From contig NIVC01000168.1 of NCBI GenBank assembly GCA_002269645.1, positions 347,899-411,898 on the forward strand: a DNA stretch of 64,000 nt. The letters run 5' to 3'. This DNA comes from Macrostomum lignano. Lineage: Eukaryota. Position numbers and translations under genes: made by a program. Below are positions 53,701 through 64,000 of the stretch, in pieces (the stretch's first letter is position 1; every line of letters starts with the position of its first letter). The notes under the pieces are model-generated. The model was not told where the DNA came from, did not search any database, and worked only from the letters and a program-made list of their open reading frames with translations.

Positions 53701-56700
53701 CCTCGAGACTCGGTACGACCTTTCCACTTGTCGCTCAGGCACCGCGTATGCCTGCGCTTTATGACGAAGTTGCGAGCGGAGCATCACGAGTAGGCCCTCC
53801 TCAATTGACACGAACTGACAGTCATGGTGGGATCATGGTTCAGGCGCTCTGATGATTTTTCTTGAGTCCGCGGCAGAAAGCCGTGATGTCTGCCGTCCGC
53901 TGTCGGCAGGTCGTCGTTCATTTGTCAGCTGTCAAGAGCCAGCCGTGAAAGACCTTGTACGACTGATGTGGGTGGTACTGTGCACCGAGGTGTTATAGAA
54001 CCAAGTAATGTACAGTACGACAGCTTCCGGTCTGTGAGAATCTTCTTGACGCCCAGTCGCTAGCAGTGACGGCTGAACATCTCGCTCTGGAATTGCTGAC
54101 CCTGTTCGCTGTGCTGCACCAGATGGGATCGATCGTCACAAAAGCTGCGTCTCCATCCGCTTAGAGAACGTGTCGCACATGCTCAGGATATATGAGTTGC
54201 ACGTCGCATGCGATTACGCGTCGGGTTCCTCGTGCAGGTCACCATCGTCGTCCCACCGAGTCTGCAGACGAGTACAGGCCACCCGGCTTGACGCATCCGG
54301 CACCACGTTGTCTCTGCACGGCCGGTACCGCAACTCGAAAAAGAACTGCTACAGAGTCGACAGTCCCCGTGCCAGCCGACCCTATACGTGTCCTTGGTCA
54401 CCAGCCGACCTTGCAGCGGTCGGTGGTCCGAATAGACTGTAGAGCACGGTACACTCAGCAAGTCCGTTCTGACGTGCTTCAGAATCCAAACCGTGCCAGC
54501 AGCTCCAGGTCTGTAGCCGGGTAGTCTCGCTCGGCCTTGTTGAGGGTGGGAGAGGCGAACGCCACCGGCAGCTTAGCGTCCCCATGCAGCTGGCTGAGTA
54601 CCGCGCTGACGGCGAACTGGCTGCTGTCCCAGCTGAGCACAAACTACCTGGTGAAATCCCGGCACTTTCACAACCGGAGCCATCGTCAGCTAGTTCTCCA
54701 GTTCCTTGAAAGCTCGCTCGCAGTCGCTGGTCCATGTGAAGTCTGTTGATTTCACGCCGACCTCGCGCAGGACTCTCGCCGTCTGGCTGAACTCTTCGAT
54801 GAAACGGCCGTAGAATCCATGCCGAGAGACCGCTTGACCTCTTCGGCCGAATTTGAACTAGGCATGTGGCGAATGACCTCCACCTTGCTAGGGTTCGGTG
54901 CAATGCCCTGCTCGTTGATCAGTTGTCCCAGGTACAGCAGCTGGCTATGGCCGAACACGCTCTTTGCCTTGTGTATTTTGAGACCCACATCACGCAGCCA
55001 CTGAAAAAGGCGCTCCAGCCTCACCAGATGCTCGGCGAAGGTCCTGATGACGAGAACGACATCTTCGATGCAAGTCAGCACTGCAAGTTCCAGAAATAGG
55101 CCCGACATCACCAGCTTCATGAGCCGCAGAAACGTCGCTGGGGCGGTTTACATTCCAAAGCCCATTTTGCGAAACTGCATGAGGCCAAGGGTCGAATAGA
55201 AGGCCGTATTATATAGGTCCTCCTCCGCCAACTTCACCTGGTGGTAAGAACCAGGAGCACCCGACCAGAGCATCCATAGTGTGCTGCAGGTGCGGTAACG
55301 GGTACGCCGAGCAGATTTGTGCTTCGCCTGTCCCAAGCAGCTTCAGCTTCTAGGTCTTCATATTTTCATTCCATTCGCAGTCATTGGCAAGTCCACAAAC
55401 GTGTTGAGCAACTTTCTCACATTGGTTTCGCCGCTAAACTTTAGAGCCAGTAAAATGAAAACCACTTTCAAACCATGCTGTTTCACGTCAGAGTTACCAA
55501 AACGCATCAGGCTCACTTCAATACCGGTATATGAAGGCTAGAACCTGGGTAGAACCAATGAAACCTGGGCGCCAGTGTCAAGCAGAGCGGGTGCTAACAA
55601 CTGCCAGGACGTACCTCCACGAAGACCGAGCGCACAACACTAAAGGTCCATTAGAGCGGTGCGAGCGTACGAGTACCGTTTTTTACATCTTATATTCGCT
55701 TGCCGCTTTCCACTTTGTGCCGATTGATATGACTTTGGTTACAGTAATTGCATGGAGAAAATAAGTTGGGAATTATTTTTGCAGCTGCAGTTGCTGTCAT
55801 GAAATCTATACGTGAAAATTTAGATTGGCCCATTTTAGTAAAATAAAAAAAATATTTATCAACTTACTGCCTGTCGATCTCTTTGTGTACGATCCGAACA
55901 CCTGAACTTCGCATAGAGTCAGGTAGGTCCTCTTGCGACTGCTGATCATCACGACCCTGCCTACTCTGTTGCACCTGAACGTCGTCACCTTGAAGACGCT
56001 GTGAGAGTGGTACGAGCCGCACACGTGACCGTCCACCGTGACCACAAAGTTTGTGAGTCTATCAAAGCAGCAGTCGAGTCTGTTGAAGATCTTGATCTCC
56101 TTGATGTGAGCCAGCTTCTGAGTCTTGGCCATCCACCAGCCGCTCTCCAGCTTTGTGTGAGTGCACGAGTGTCCCCAGTAGTTCTGGTTGGTGTTTCCAT
56201 CGATGGCTCTGCTGCAGACGCCGCTCCAGCCGACAGAGCTCTGAGAGCAATGGCTCAGAGGCAGCATATCTGCAATTGAGTCAGCAATCACTCATATACT
56301 CTCTACTGAAATGTATCACGCAATAATTATTTCTCACTCACCAGATCTCTTAGCGGCCAGCTTGGTGTACTCTCCGAACACTTCGACCTCGCACAGAGTG
56401 AGGTACTTCTTCAGATTTGTCCTGATGATGACATTCTGACCGACCTTGTCGCACTTGAATCTCTTCACTGAGAAGAACGTGCTGGACCTGTGTCTGGCGC
56501 ACACCTGTCCGTCCACGATGATGTCGAAGTTGTTGAGTAGGTTGGAGCAACAGTCGAGCCTGTTGTAGATGACGACCTCCTTGATGTGAGCGGGTCTGGT
56601 AAAGCTTCCTTGCCAGAATCCGCCAGGGGCTTTAGTGTGGGTGCAGGAGTGCTTGCCGTAATCCTGGTTTTTGTTTCCATCCATGGCTCGCTTGCAGACT

Positions 56701-57799
56701 CCGTTCCATCCCGTCGAGGTCTGGAAGCACGTGTTGAAGCTCAGCTTGTCTGTGGATTCAGTTCAGTTGGTTGGTTTTGTGTGCTGGCTTTAACTAATAA
56801 AGTTTAGCAGCAAGAGACCTACTTTGGGTGGAGAAACATCGAATGAAGTTAGTGATGTAGGTACTAAATGTCACATATCAGTGGTACTTTTTACAGTTTT
56901 AGTGTCTCTAAAGAATGTCTAAAAAGAAAGTCAATGCATGAGAAATACTCCTACGTTGACTTGTTGACTTGCTGTAAAGCTGGTTAGTAAAAATTCACCG
57001 GTATTCTTACAGCTGCGAGCGGGGCCAAAATATGCTGAGGGCAAAAATCTTCTTTGTCAACTAATACCTCGCGTCATTGCGTTTTGTTATACTACGATAA
57101 CACAGTTGACGTGGTTTTAAGCTTTGATGTATGGTTATGATTTTTTAATTAGCAGCTGAAGTTTAATTAAGAAGAAAAAATTAAAAAGTAACAACTCTCT
57201 TACTATGGAGAATTGGGTTAGCAAGAGGATATCGTTTGATTCCCTGATCGTGTGTTAGCATTGAACGTCTACGTTGACTACTGTGTAGAATCTGTGTTTA
57301 GAATTAAGATACGTTTTAAAAGCAATCTTTTAAGGCTGTAAAATGTTTTTGTTTATTCCTTTAATCTTCTGCGGATTCAAAATGATTTAAGCAAAATCAC
57401 TAAAGTTGTCAATGCACGGGATTACACCCACAAGTTTGATATTATACTATGATGGGCAAAGCAAAAAGGGTAACAAAATAAGTTTGTTCTGGGACTTCGT
57501 GGCAGTGAAACTTCGTATAGTCTAAAATTGGAGTTTCTTTGCTGTGGGCAACTTTGCTGTGCAGAACACTGAAGTGGTGCAGAAGTTGATGGTAGAGTTT
57601 ATACATTTCTGACGCTTGCTACGGCTTATATTTCCGGATTCACTTTTTCGTCATGGAGTTTTAATCTAGTACGTTAGAAATAAATTATGAATCAATCAGC
57701 ATAGGAAATTGGCTTACTGTTGGCAGTAACAGCCTGAAGTAGCATCAAAAATAGAAGCCATCGATGCCAAGCCACTTGAAAATTCGACCTGCTGGTCAT
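47784..57799 (-). CDS. Secreted multi-domain lectin: signal peptide + 6 F-type (fucolectin) domains + C-terminal WSC domain; 8 exons, ~934 aa
   Basis: Exons (minus): 57799-57718 (MTSRSNFQVAWHRWLLFLMLLQAVTAN), 56749-56342, 56269-55868, 52486-52079, 52005-51604, 49048-48641, 48567-48163, 48073-47784. All introns phase 1, sum 2805 nt. F-type motifs A(M/I)DGN, SCTHT, NRLDCC, TLCEV. WSC motif YLGCF...C..FC...YFAVQ.G..CFCG...C..PC.GD...CGG. The only stop and AATAAA follow the last exon. The link to the signal exon is the least certain part. Confidence 0.8.
49700..50830 (+). mobile_element. 3' part of an RNase H-encoding (I-group-like) LINE, degenerate
   Basis: RNase H motifs TDGSA, SSTQAELTAI, VHSDSLAAL, LIWVPAHCRISGNEVPDRAA, then NQLRAG and the CCHC knuckle CRDC...EDHLLHECP; frameshifted. 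Confidence 0.8.
50985..51510 (+). mobile_element. Diverged single-arm copy of the foldback family (5' truncated, about one 151-bp-type unit)
   Basis: CCCCGACAATTTCTTGCTGCGCCGGAACGAAGCAACGCAGG...CGCCAGCCCTCCGGACCGTCGAGATATTCGACGATTCTGCCAGAAG is collinear with 7290-7800. Confidence 0.85.
52652..53015 (-). mobile_element. tRNA-derived SINE family 2 with A-tail and 13-bp TSD
   Basis: TSD CTCTTATATATTG at 52639-52651 and 53016-53028. Minus strand GGGGGCGTAGCCCAGCGG (A box)...GGCTCGATTCC (B box); ends TAATAAAAAAAA. Confidence 0.8.
53323..53367 (+). ncRNA. Minimal type-I hammerhead ribozyme motif
   Basis: UAAGCC-CUGAGGA-U-GUC(CAUUGGGU)GAC-GAAA-UGCA-UC^GGCAUUA. Core CUGANGA and GAAA are intact. Stem II is 3 bp, stem III has a palindromic UGCA loop, stem I is GCC/GGC extended by UAA/UUA across one bulge. 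Predicted cleavage after 53360. Confidence 0.7.
53507..55340 (-). mobile_element. Degenerate Ty3/Gypsy LTR-retrotransposon pol relic (RT, RNase H, integrase)
   Basis: YHQVKLAEEDLYNTAFYSTLGLMQFRKMGFG, TFAEHLVRLERLFQWLRDVGLKI, LYLGQLINEQGIAPNPSKV, and later YNTSVHSTT-like integrase remnants; many stops and frameshifts. Confidence 0.85.
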
Positions 57800-60124
57800 G
57801 CTGAACCGTTAGAATCCTTTTGATAGTCGAATACTATCCCTTTGATAGTCTGTTATTGCTCAATTTTGAAAGGGCTTTGTGTTCAAAATTTTTGGCAGCT
57901 CAGCTCAACCGTTGGAGATCGGTTGGGCCTCAAGGCTGAGGCCGTGTCTATTTTATAGTCTTTAGAATTTCGCCTCTGATGGGGTGGCTTCCGCATGGTT
58001 GGCAGCGGCATAGACAGTTTCATGCCACGGTTTATCCGGGTTTTATCCATTACACCTGTATCCTTCTACGTGAGGCAAGGGTATAGATTAGCTAGGGCTT
58101 TTGCTTTCGGTGAGTCAGGAGAGTTAAGCAAGGGCAGTCGTTGAGTCTTTTGCCGCTCTTTCGTGCGGGTCGGCCACTCGGGGTTGGCCGTCGGTCTGTC
58201 GGTCTTTTGGGTTCGCTCGCAGCTTCTCATCCCCGCGGCAGACTCCGGGTTGTGCTCACGCTGCGCTAATTAATGTTAATAGTCTCGCCGGTAAGCTGCT
58301 TTGCTCAACTCGCCGCATCGGCCTTGTCTTTTGTCTGGAATGGCTGGTGGCTGCTATTGTCTTCTCTCGCGCTGTTTCTTTTTGTCTCTGCTCATGCTCT
58401 ACTCTGGCTTCGGCTCGCTTTACGGCTGCTCAGTTTTGCTTTTTAGCTCGTATACGGCCCTTTCTTGCGGATTTCTAAGCCTTCCATCTCCTTCATGCAA
58501 ACAGGAGGCCGTCTCTCGCTCCTGTTTTTATTGGCAACTCCAATACTGTGCTAGCTTTAGCTATAACGTTATATGGGGCCGTTTTGATTGCCAGGTGAAG
58601 TTTAATTATGAAATCGAAAATCACTACTGTCGAGACAATAAACTGAAATGTTTTCTACATTAAAAAGAAAATTTTCTGTAAAATCTAACACCTAAGAGGA
58701 GCTGTTAACAATTGTAGCCAGACAGTATTACCGCACTGTGGAATTCAAGTGTTGGTTTTCGATATTCTCATTCAACTTTTTTTGCAGATATTGATTGGGA
58801 TTCGTTGGAAAGATCGAGAGGTCTTTTAGAAGCAACTGTGTGCAATTCTACGATACTGAAGTCTTCGTGGGTTTCAATTCCGAACAGTATAAAGTTTTCT
58901 AATTTTTGTTTGGTCATTTTACTCATAAAACGTACGGTTAAGTGAAATAGTGAATAGTATAAAAAAGATATACTATTGAGAAGAGGTGTAGAGATCTCCA
59001 AACACAGTAGCCTACTAAAAGTAGTAACATAAAATTACGAACACAAATTTAAAAATAGCTATGTGTCATACTCTATTTTTAGTAATACCAGTCATATCAC
59101 GCAAACAGCGAGTGACTATGCTATTGTTCGAAAAACCGGTTCTCGACATCTATTTTTAGAACTTCCAAATATGGTAAATGTTAACCTGAATGTAACCCAA
59201 GTCTCACCCCTTTCTATTCAAAAACCCCACCTGTCAAATAATAAAATTCCTTTCGTGAACTCATCAAAAAACCGGTTTTGAGCTCAAGGTCGACTCAAGG
59301 CCGACAAATTGTGTATAAATATAAACGAAAAATCCGAGCTGAAGTCTCAGACTCGGAGCAGCCTCCGAAGAGGCTACATCTCTGAGGAAGAAATAAATAC
59401 CAATTGGTAAGCTTTGTTCAAGTCTTCGTTATTTTGATTATTGAGAGCGATTGTTATTGCCGGCCGTTACTGTTCAGTTGATTTTATTGAGTCTATTGAG
59501 TTTGAGGCCTCCCTTTTCCTAAGGGATTGGATAGGATCTGCGGACCGATTCCGATACCCTTAGAGGATTATTGATTTGATTGATTTTGGTTATCCTAGAT
59601 TAACCGATAGGAGCACACGACTCCGATTCCGTTAGTTCTAGAAGAAGACGCCCTTTCTGGAGGACCTCGTATTGTGATAGAAGTTGATTCTGCTACTAGG
59701 GCGCATCGTTGACATTGATTTCGGCACTCGAGAATACATTGAATTCTGCACTTGAAGAAATACTGCGACGTCGATTTAATTGCTACGCTCTCACTTTCGG
59801 CCGATTCTAGACTTCAAGAAGACCACCCCGGAAGGAACAGCTCTAAGGAGACCAGCTCTACAGACGCGCGACAAAGAAGAGGAGCCCGCAACAGTAAGTG
59901 ATCACTGATTTTGTTCCCAGGCTTAAGTGTCTGGAAGTGGGAGTTTTCGGGGGACTGATCACCTCCCGAATCAACTCTTCAGCGGCGCGATATGCCGCCA
60001 CTTTTTCTGGCATTGAGCAACTGTAGAAGAAATGCAAATACACTTTGTATCTGTAGGCAAAAGTGTTCTTTATTTTCCTGGTTTTCTTTCTAGACACAAG
60101 CAAGATTTCTCATTTTGTGAAAAT

Positions 60125-62050
60125 TTGCCATGGTGTTTCTGGTCTAGTTGCCATGGTGTTTCTGGTCTAGTTGCCATGGTGTTTCTGGTCTGGTTGCTAT
60201 GGTGTTTCTGGTCTGGTTGTAATGGTGTTTCTGGTCTGGTTGTAATGGTGTTTCTGGTCTGGTTGTAATGGTGTTTCTGGTCTGGTTGTAATGGTGTTTC
60301 TGGTCTGGTTGTAATGGTGTTTCTGGTCTGGTTGTAATGGTGTTTCTGGTCTGGTTGTAATCGTGTTTCTGGTCTGGTTGTAATGGTGTTTCTGGTCTGG
60401 TTGTAATGGTGTTTCTGGTCTGGTTGTAATCGTGTTTCTGGTCTGGTTGCAATGATGTTTCTGGTCTGGTTGTAATGGTGTTTCTGGTATAGATGCAATG
60501 ATGTTTCTGGTCTGGTTGTATGGTGTTTCTGGTCTGGTTGTAATGGTGTTTCTGGTCTGGTTGTAATGGTGTTTCTGGTCTGGTTGTAATGGTGTTTCTG
60601 GTCTGGTTGTAATGGTGTTTCTGGTCTGGTTGTAATGGTGTTTCTGGTCTGGTTGTAATGGTGTTTCTGGTCTGGTTGTAATGGTGTTTCTGGTCTGGTT
60701 GTAATGGTGTTTCTGGTCTGGTTGTAATGGTGTTTCTGGTCTGGTTGTAATGGTGTTTCTGGTCTGGTTGTAATGGTGTTTCTGGTATAGATGCAATGAT
60801 GTTTCTGGTCTGGTTGCTATGGTGTTTCTGGTCTGGTTGTAATGGTGTTTCTGGTCTGGTTGTAATGGTGTTTCTGGTCTGGTTGTAATGGTGTTTCTGG
60901 TCTGGTTGCTATGGTGTTTCTGGTATAGATGCAATGATGTTTCTGGTCTGGTTGCTATGGTGTTTCTGGTCTGGTTGTAATGGTGTTTCTGGTCTGGTTG
61001 TAATGGTGTTTCTGGTCTGGTTGTAATGGTGTTTCTGGTCTGGTTGCAATGATGTTTCTGGTCTGGTTGTAATGGTGTTTCTGGTCTGGTTGCAATGATG
61101 TTTCTGGTCTGGTTGTAATGGTGTTTCTGGTCTGGTTGCAATGATGTTTCTGGTCTGGTTGTAATGGTGTTTCTGGTCTGGTTGCAATGATGTTTCTGGT
61201 CTGGTTGTAATGGTGTTTCTGGTCTAGATGCAATGATGTTTCTGGTCTGGTTGCTATGGTGTTTCTGGTATAGATGCAATGGTGTTTCTGGTCTGGTTGC
61301 TATGGTGTTTCTGGTTTAGTTGCAATGGTGTTTCTGGTCTGGTTGCGATGGTGTTTGTCTTGCTATGGTGTTTCTGGTCTGGTTGTAATGGTGTTTCTGG
61401 TCTGGTTGTAATGGTGTTTCTGGTCTGGTTGTAATGGTGTTTCTGGTCTGGTTGTAATGGTGTTTCTGGTCTGGTTGTAATAGTGTTTCTGGTCTGGTTG
61501 TAATGGTGTTTCTGGTCTGGTTGTAATGGTGTTTCTGGTCTGGTTGTAATGGTGTTTCTGGTCTGGTTGTAATGGTGTTTCTGGTCTGGTTGTAATGGTG
61601 TTTCTGGTCTGGTTGCTATGGTGTTTCTGGTCTGGTTGTAATGGTGTTTCTGGTCTGGTTGTAATGGTGTTTCTGGTCTGGTTGTAATAGTGTTTCTGGT
61701 CTGGTTGTAATGGTGTTTCTGGTCTGGTTGTAATGGTGTTTATGGTCTGGTTGTAATGGTGTTTCTGGTCTGGTTGTAATGGTGTTTCTGGTCTGGTTGT
61801 AATAGTGTTTCTGGTCTGGTTGTAATGGTGTTTCTGGTCTGGTTGTAATCGTGTTTCTGGTCTGGTTGTAATGGTGTTTCTGGTCTGGTTGTAATGGTGT
61901 TTCTGGTCTGGTTGTAATGGTGTTTCTGGTCTGGTTGTAATGGTGTTTCTGGTCTGGTTGTAACGGTGTTTCTGGTCTGGTTGTAATAGTGTTTCTGGTC
62001 TGGTTGTAATGGTGTTTCTGGTCTGGTTATAATGGTGTTTCTGGTCTAGA
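60125..62050. repeat. 23-bp ATGGTGTTTCTGGTCTGGTTGTA array
   Basis: ~80 copies; a variant of the GGT intron-1 satellite. Confidence 0.96.
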
Positions 62051-62185
62051 TGCCAGTCTTGTATCATTCCTACGCCGTGCTTATTGGCTGCTGCAAAATT
62101 ACTTCCTCCACTTCTTCCCCCATCAAGGCGATTAGGCTGGCTGAAATGGTCCAGCCAATCTACTCAGGCGATTCGCCTGGCAGCA
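60125..62185 (+). pseudogene. Relic of GGT7-like intron 1 (expanded 23-bp satellite) plus the first ~60 bp of exon 2
   Basis: 62115-62183 CCCCCATCAAGGCGATTAGGCTGGCTGAAATGGTCCAGCCAATC...GCGATTCGCCTGGCA aligns to 40766-40833. It is preceded by ACGCCGTGCTTATT (ACGCCGTATTTATC at ~40740) and by the same satellite family as 40345-40725. Confidence 0.8.
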
Positions 62186-62445
62186 AAAATCATAAACAGA
62201 AAATACTTACATAATTTTTGCCTGATTTACCAATAAATATATTAATCACGATTGATTTTGTAGTATATTTGGGTAAGACAGGTACTAAATCAAGTCCACT
62301 GACAATTCACCTGTTTCTAATTAAGTAGAGAATAAAACCAATAATCCAGTATTTAGTTGTTTCACCTAAACCATTTCACTATATTTTAGACTTTATTGTA
62401 GCTTTTTGTCAAGCCACTTCAAGGCGTAGTCACGTTCACAAAACT

Positions 62446-63687
62446 TCACGACACGTTTTTATCCACCTCGAACACGGCGTTCCGCATTTTGCCGCCGCAC
62501 TTGATTCCCGAGTCTCCCGAGCACGGCACGTTGCAGTCTCCGTCCTCCGCTTCTCCATTGTTGCCGTAGTTTTCGCCGCAGAAGCACCGATTGCCGGACT
62601 GCACTGCGAAGTAAGTAGTGCCGCGGGACTTGCAGAACCGGTTGCACTTCCGCTGCGTCATTTTGCTGTTTGAAGCCGCCTTGATGAAGAAGTCCGGATA
62701 CTCCTCGCTGTCATAAAAACAGCCAAGATACTCTGAAAGTAAAAGTAAAATACTTCGTAGTTAGTATCATAGCTCACAAAATCTATACATAGAAAACTCA
62801 CCAAATTTTGGCCGTCTCTTGAAATATTTGCCGAAAACTTGCACCTCGCATAGAGTCAGGTAGGTCCTCTTGCGACTGCGGATCATCACGACCCTACCGA
62901 CTTTATTACACTTGAACGTCTTAACTTTGAAGACGCTGCGAGAGTTGTACGATGCGCACACGTGACCGTCCACTGTGACAACAAAGTTTGTGAGTCGATT
63001 AGAACAGCAATCAACTCTGTTGAAGATCTTGATCTCCTTGATGTGAGCCAGCTTCTGAGTCTTGGCGGTCCACCAGCCCTTCTGCAGCTTTGTGTGAGTG
63101 CACGAGTGTCCCAGTAGTGCTGGTTGGTGTTTCCGTCGATGGCTCTGCTGCAGACGCCGTTCCAGCCAACAGAGCTCTGAGAGCAATGGCTCAGAGGCAG
63201 CACATCTGCAATTGGGTCAGCAATCACTCATATACTCTCTACTGAAATGTATCAAGCTATAATTATTTCCAACTCACCAGATCTCTTAGCGGCCAGCTTG
63301 GTGTACTCTCCGAACACTTCGACCTCGCACAGAGTGAGCCACTTTTTCGAATGCGACTTGATGGCCACGTTCCGGCCCACCCTGTTGCATTTGAAGCTCT
63401 TCACGAGAAGAAGGTGCTGGACCGGTGTCTGACGCACACGTGGCCGTCCACGATGATGTCAAAGCTGTTGAGTCGGTTCGAGCAGCAGTCGAGTCTGTTG
63501 TAGATAACGACCTCCTTGATGTGAGCGGGCCGGCTCAAACTCGCATGCCAGTATCCGCCTACTGGATTTTTGGTATGTGTGCAGGATTTAGCACCATAGT
63601 TCTGGTTTGTGTTTCCGTCGATGGCTCTCTCGCAAACTCCTTTGTGAGCCACAGAATTTTGAAAGCACTTGTTGAACTTCAGCTTTT
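62446..63687 (-). pseudogene. Paralogous 2xF-type lectin + WSC gene, 5' exon not found in the window; two 1-nt deletions (pseudogene or assembly error)
   Basis: Exons 63687-63278 (410 nt, in-frame length would be 411), 63205-62802 (404 nt, paralog 405), 62732-62446. Deletions in short homopolymers near 63403 (TCGGTG>TCGTG) and near 63110 (TGGGGA>TGGGA). The 3' flank 62281-62445 is nearly identical to 47620-47783. Confidence 0.75.
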
Positions 63688-64000
63688 CTGGAATTCAGTA
63701 ATTAAGCAAGGATGCACATCGAGTGGTTTCGATTTCGATTTGATTTGATGCCACCATTATTTAACTGCAACTATGCTTTCTCAGGTTAGAAATTAATCCG
63801 CAGATGTTATTCCACGGCTAAACTAATTTGTCAATGCAATCGTACGAAAGTAAGTGTACAATTGTAGGACATCCAAAAGCAAAAGTAGTAAATTCTGAGG
63901 CACATTTTTAAAATCGTCCTATACGGTACAGAGAATAGAATCATGCGACTCAAATTGCCGGGTTTTGCAATTCCCTATCAACTCTAAAAAAACTTCTCAA

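Noticed and set aside
48567-56749. Three separate 2xF-type lectin genes
   Set aside because: The two upstream modules end in phase-1 GTAAGT donors with no stop, WSC exon or poly(A) signal, and I found no separate signal exons, so one spliced gene is more parsimonious.
59290-59900. Possible LTR or 5' end of a retroelement (TATAAATATAAA, AATAAA, GGTAAG)
   Set aside because: No second LTR, TG..CA boundary, PBS or recognisable ORF found, so left unannotated.

Overview
Eukaryotic, intron-rich animal DNA, not prokaryotic. GC-rich exons sit in AT-rich introns packed with tandem repeats. My inference is an invertebrate; the style fits a flatworm such as Macrostomum, but this is unverified. I assembled seven gene models by hand from GT/GC-AG junctions; the six full models sum to whole codons and the seventh is partial with two frameshifts. 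Left to right: (1) DEG/ENaC channel paralog 1 (minus, 13 exons, ~643 aa). (2) DEG/ENaC paralog 2 (minus, 12 exons, ~596 aa). (3) A ~733-aa divergent TBC-like plus coiled-coil protein (minus), head-to-head with (4) a TLCD1/2-like TLC-domain gene (plus). (5) A GGT7-like gene whose catalytic residues appear lost. (6) A secreted lectin with six F-type (fucolectin) domains plus WSC. (7) A 5'-incomplete 2xF-type plus WSC paralog with two 1-nt frameshifts. Roughly a quarter of the window is tandem repeat, with a different array in most long introns. Mobile DNA includes a 2.46-kb TTAA-flanked foldback element whose ~1.05-1.2-kb inverted arms are built from 151-bp tandem units, hAT-type MITEs carrying satellites, two tRNA-derived SINE families, LINE and Ty3/Gypsy relics, and a Penelope-like inverted-repeat insert with an apparently intact minimal hammerhead ribozyme. 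Other highlights are a ~3.4-kb CpG desert in the TLCD intron and a decayed GGT7 fragment pointing to an old GGT+lectin segmental duplication. All assignments come from reading the sequence; no searches were run.
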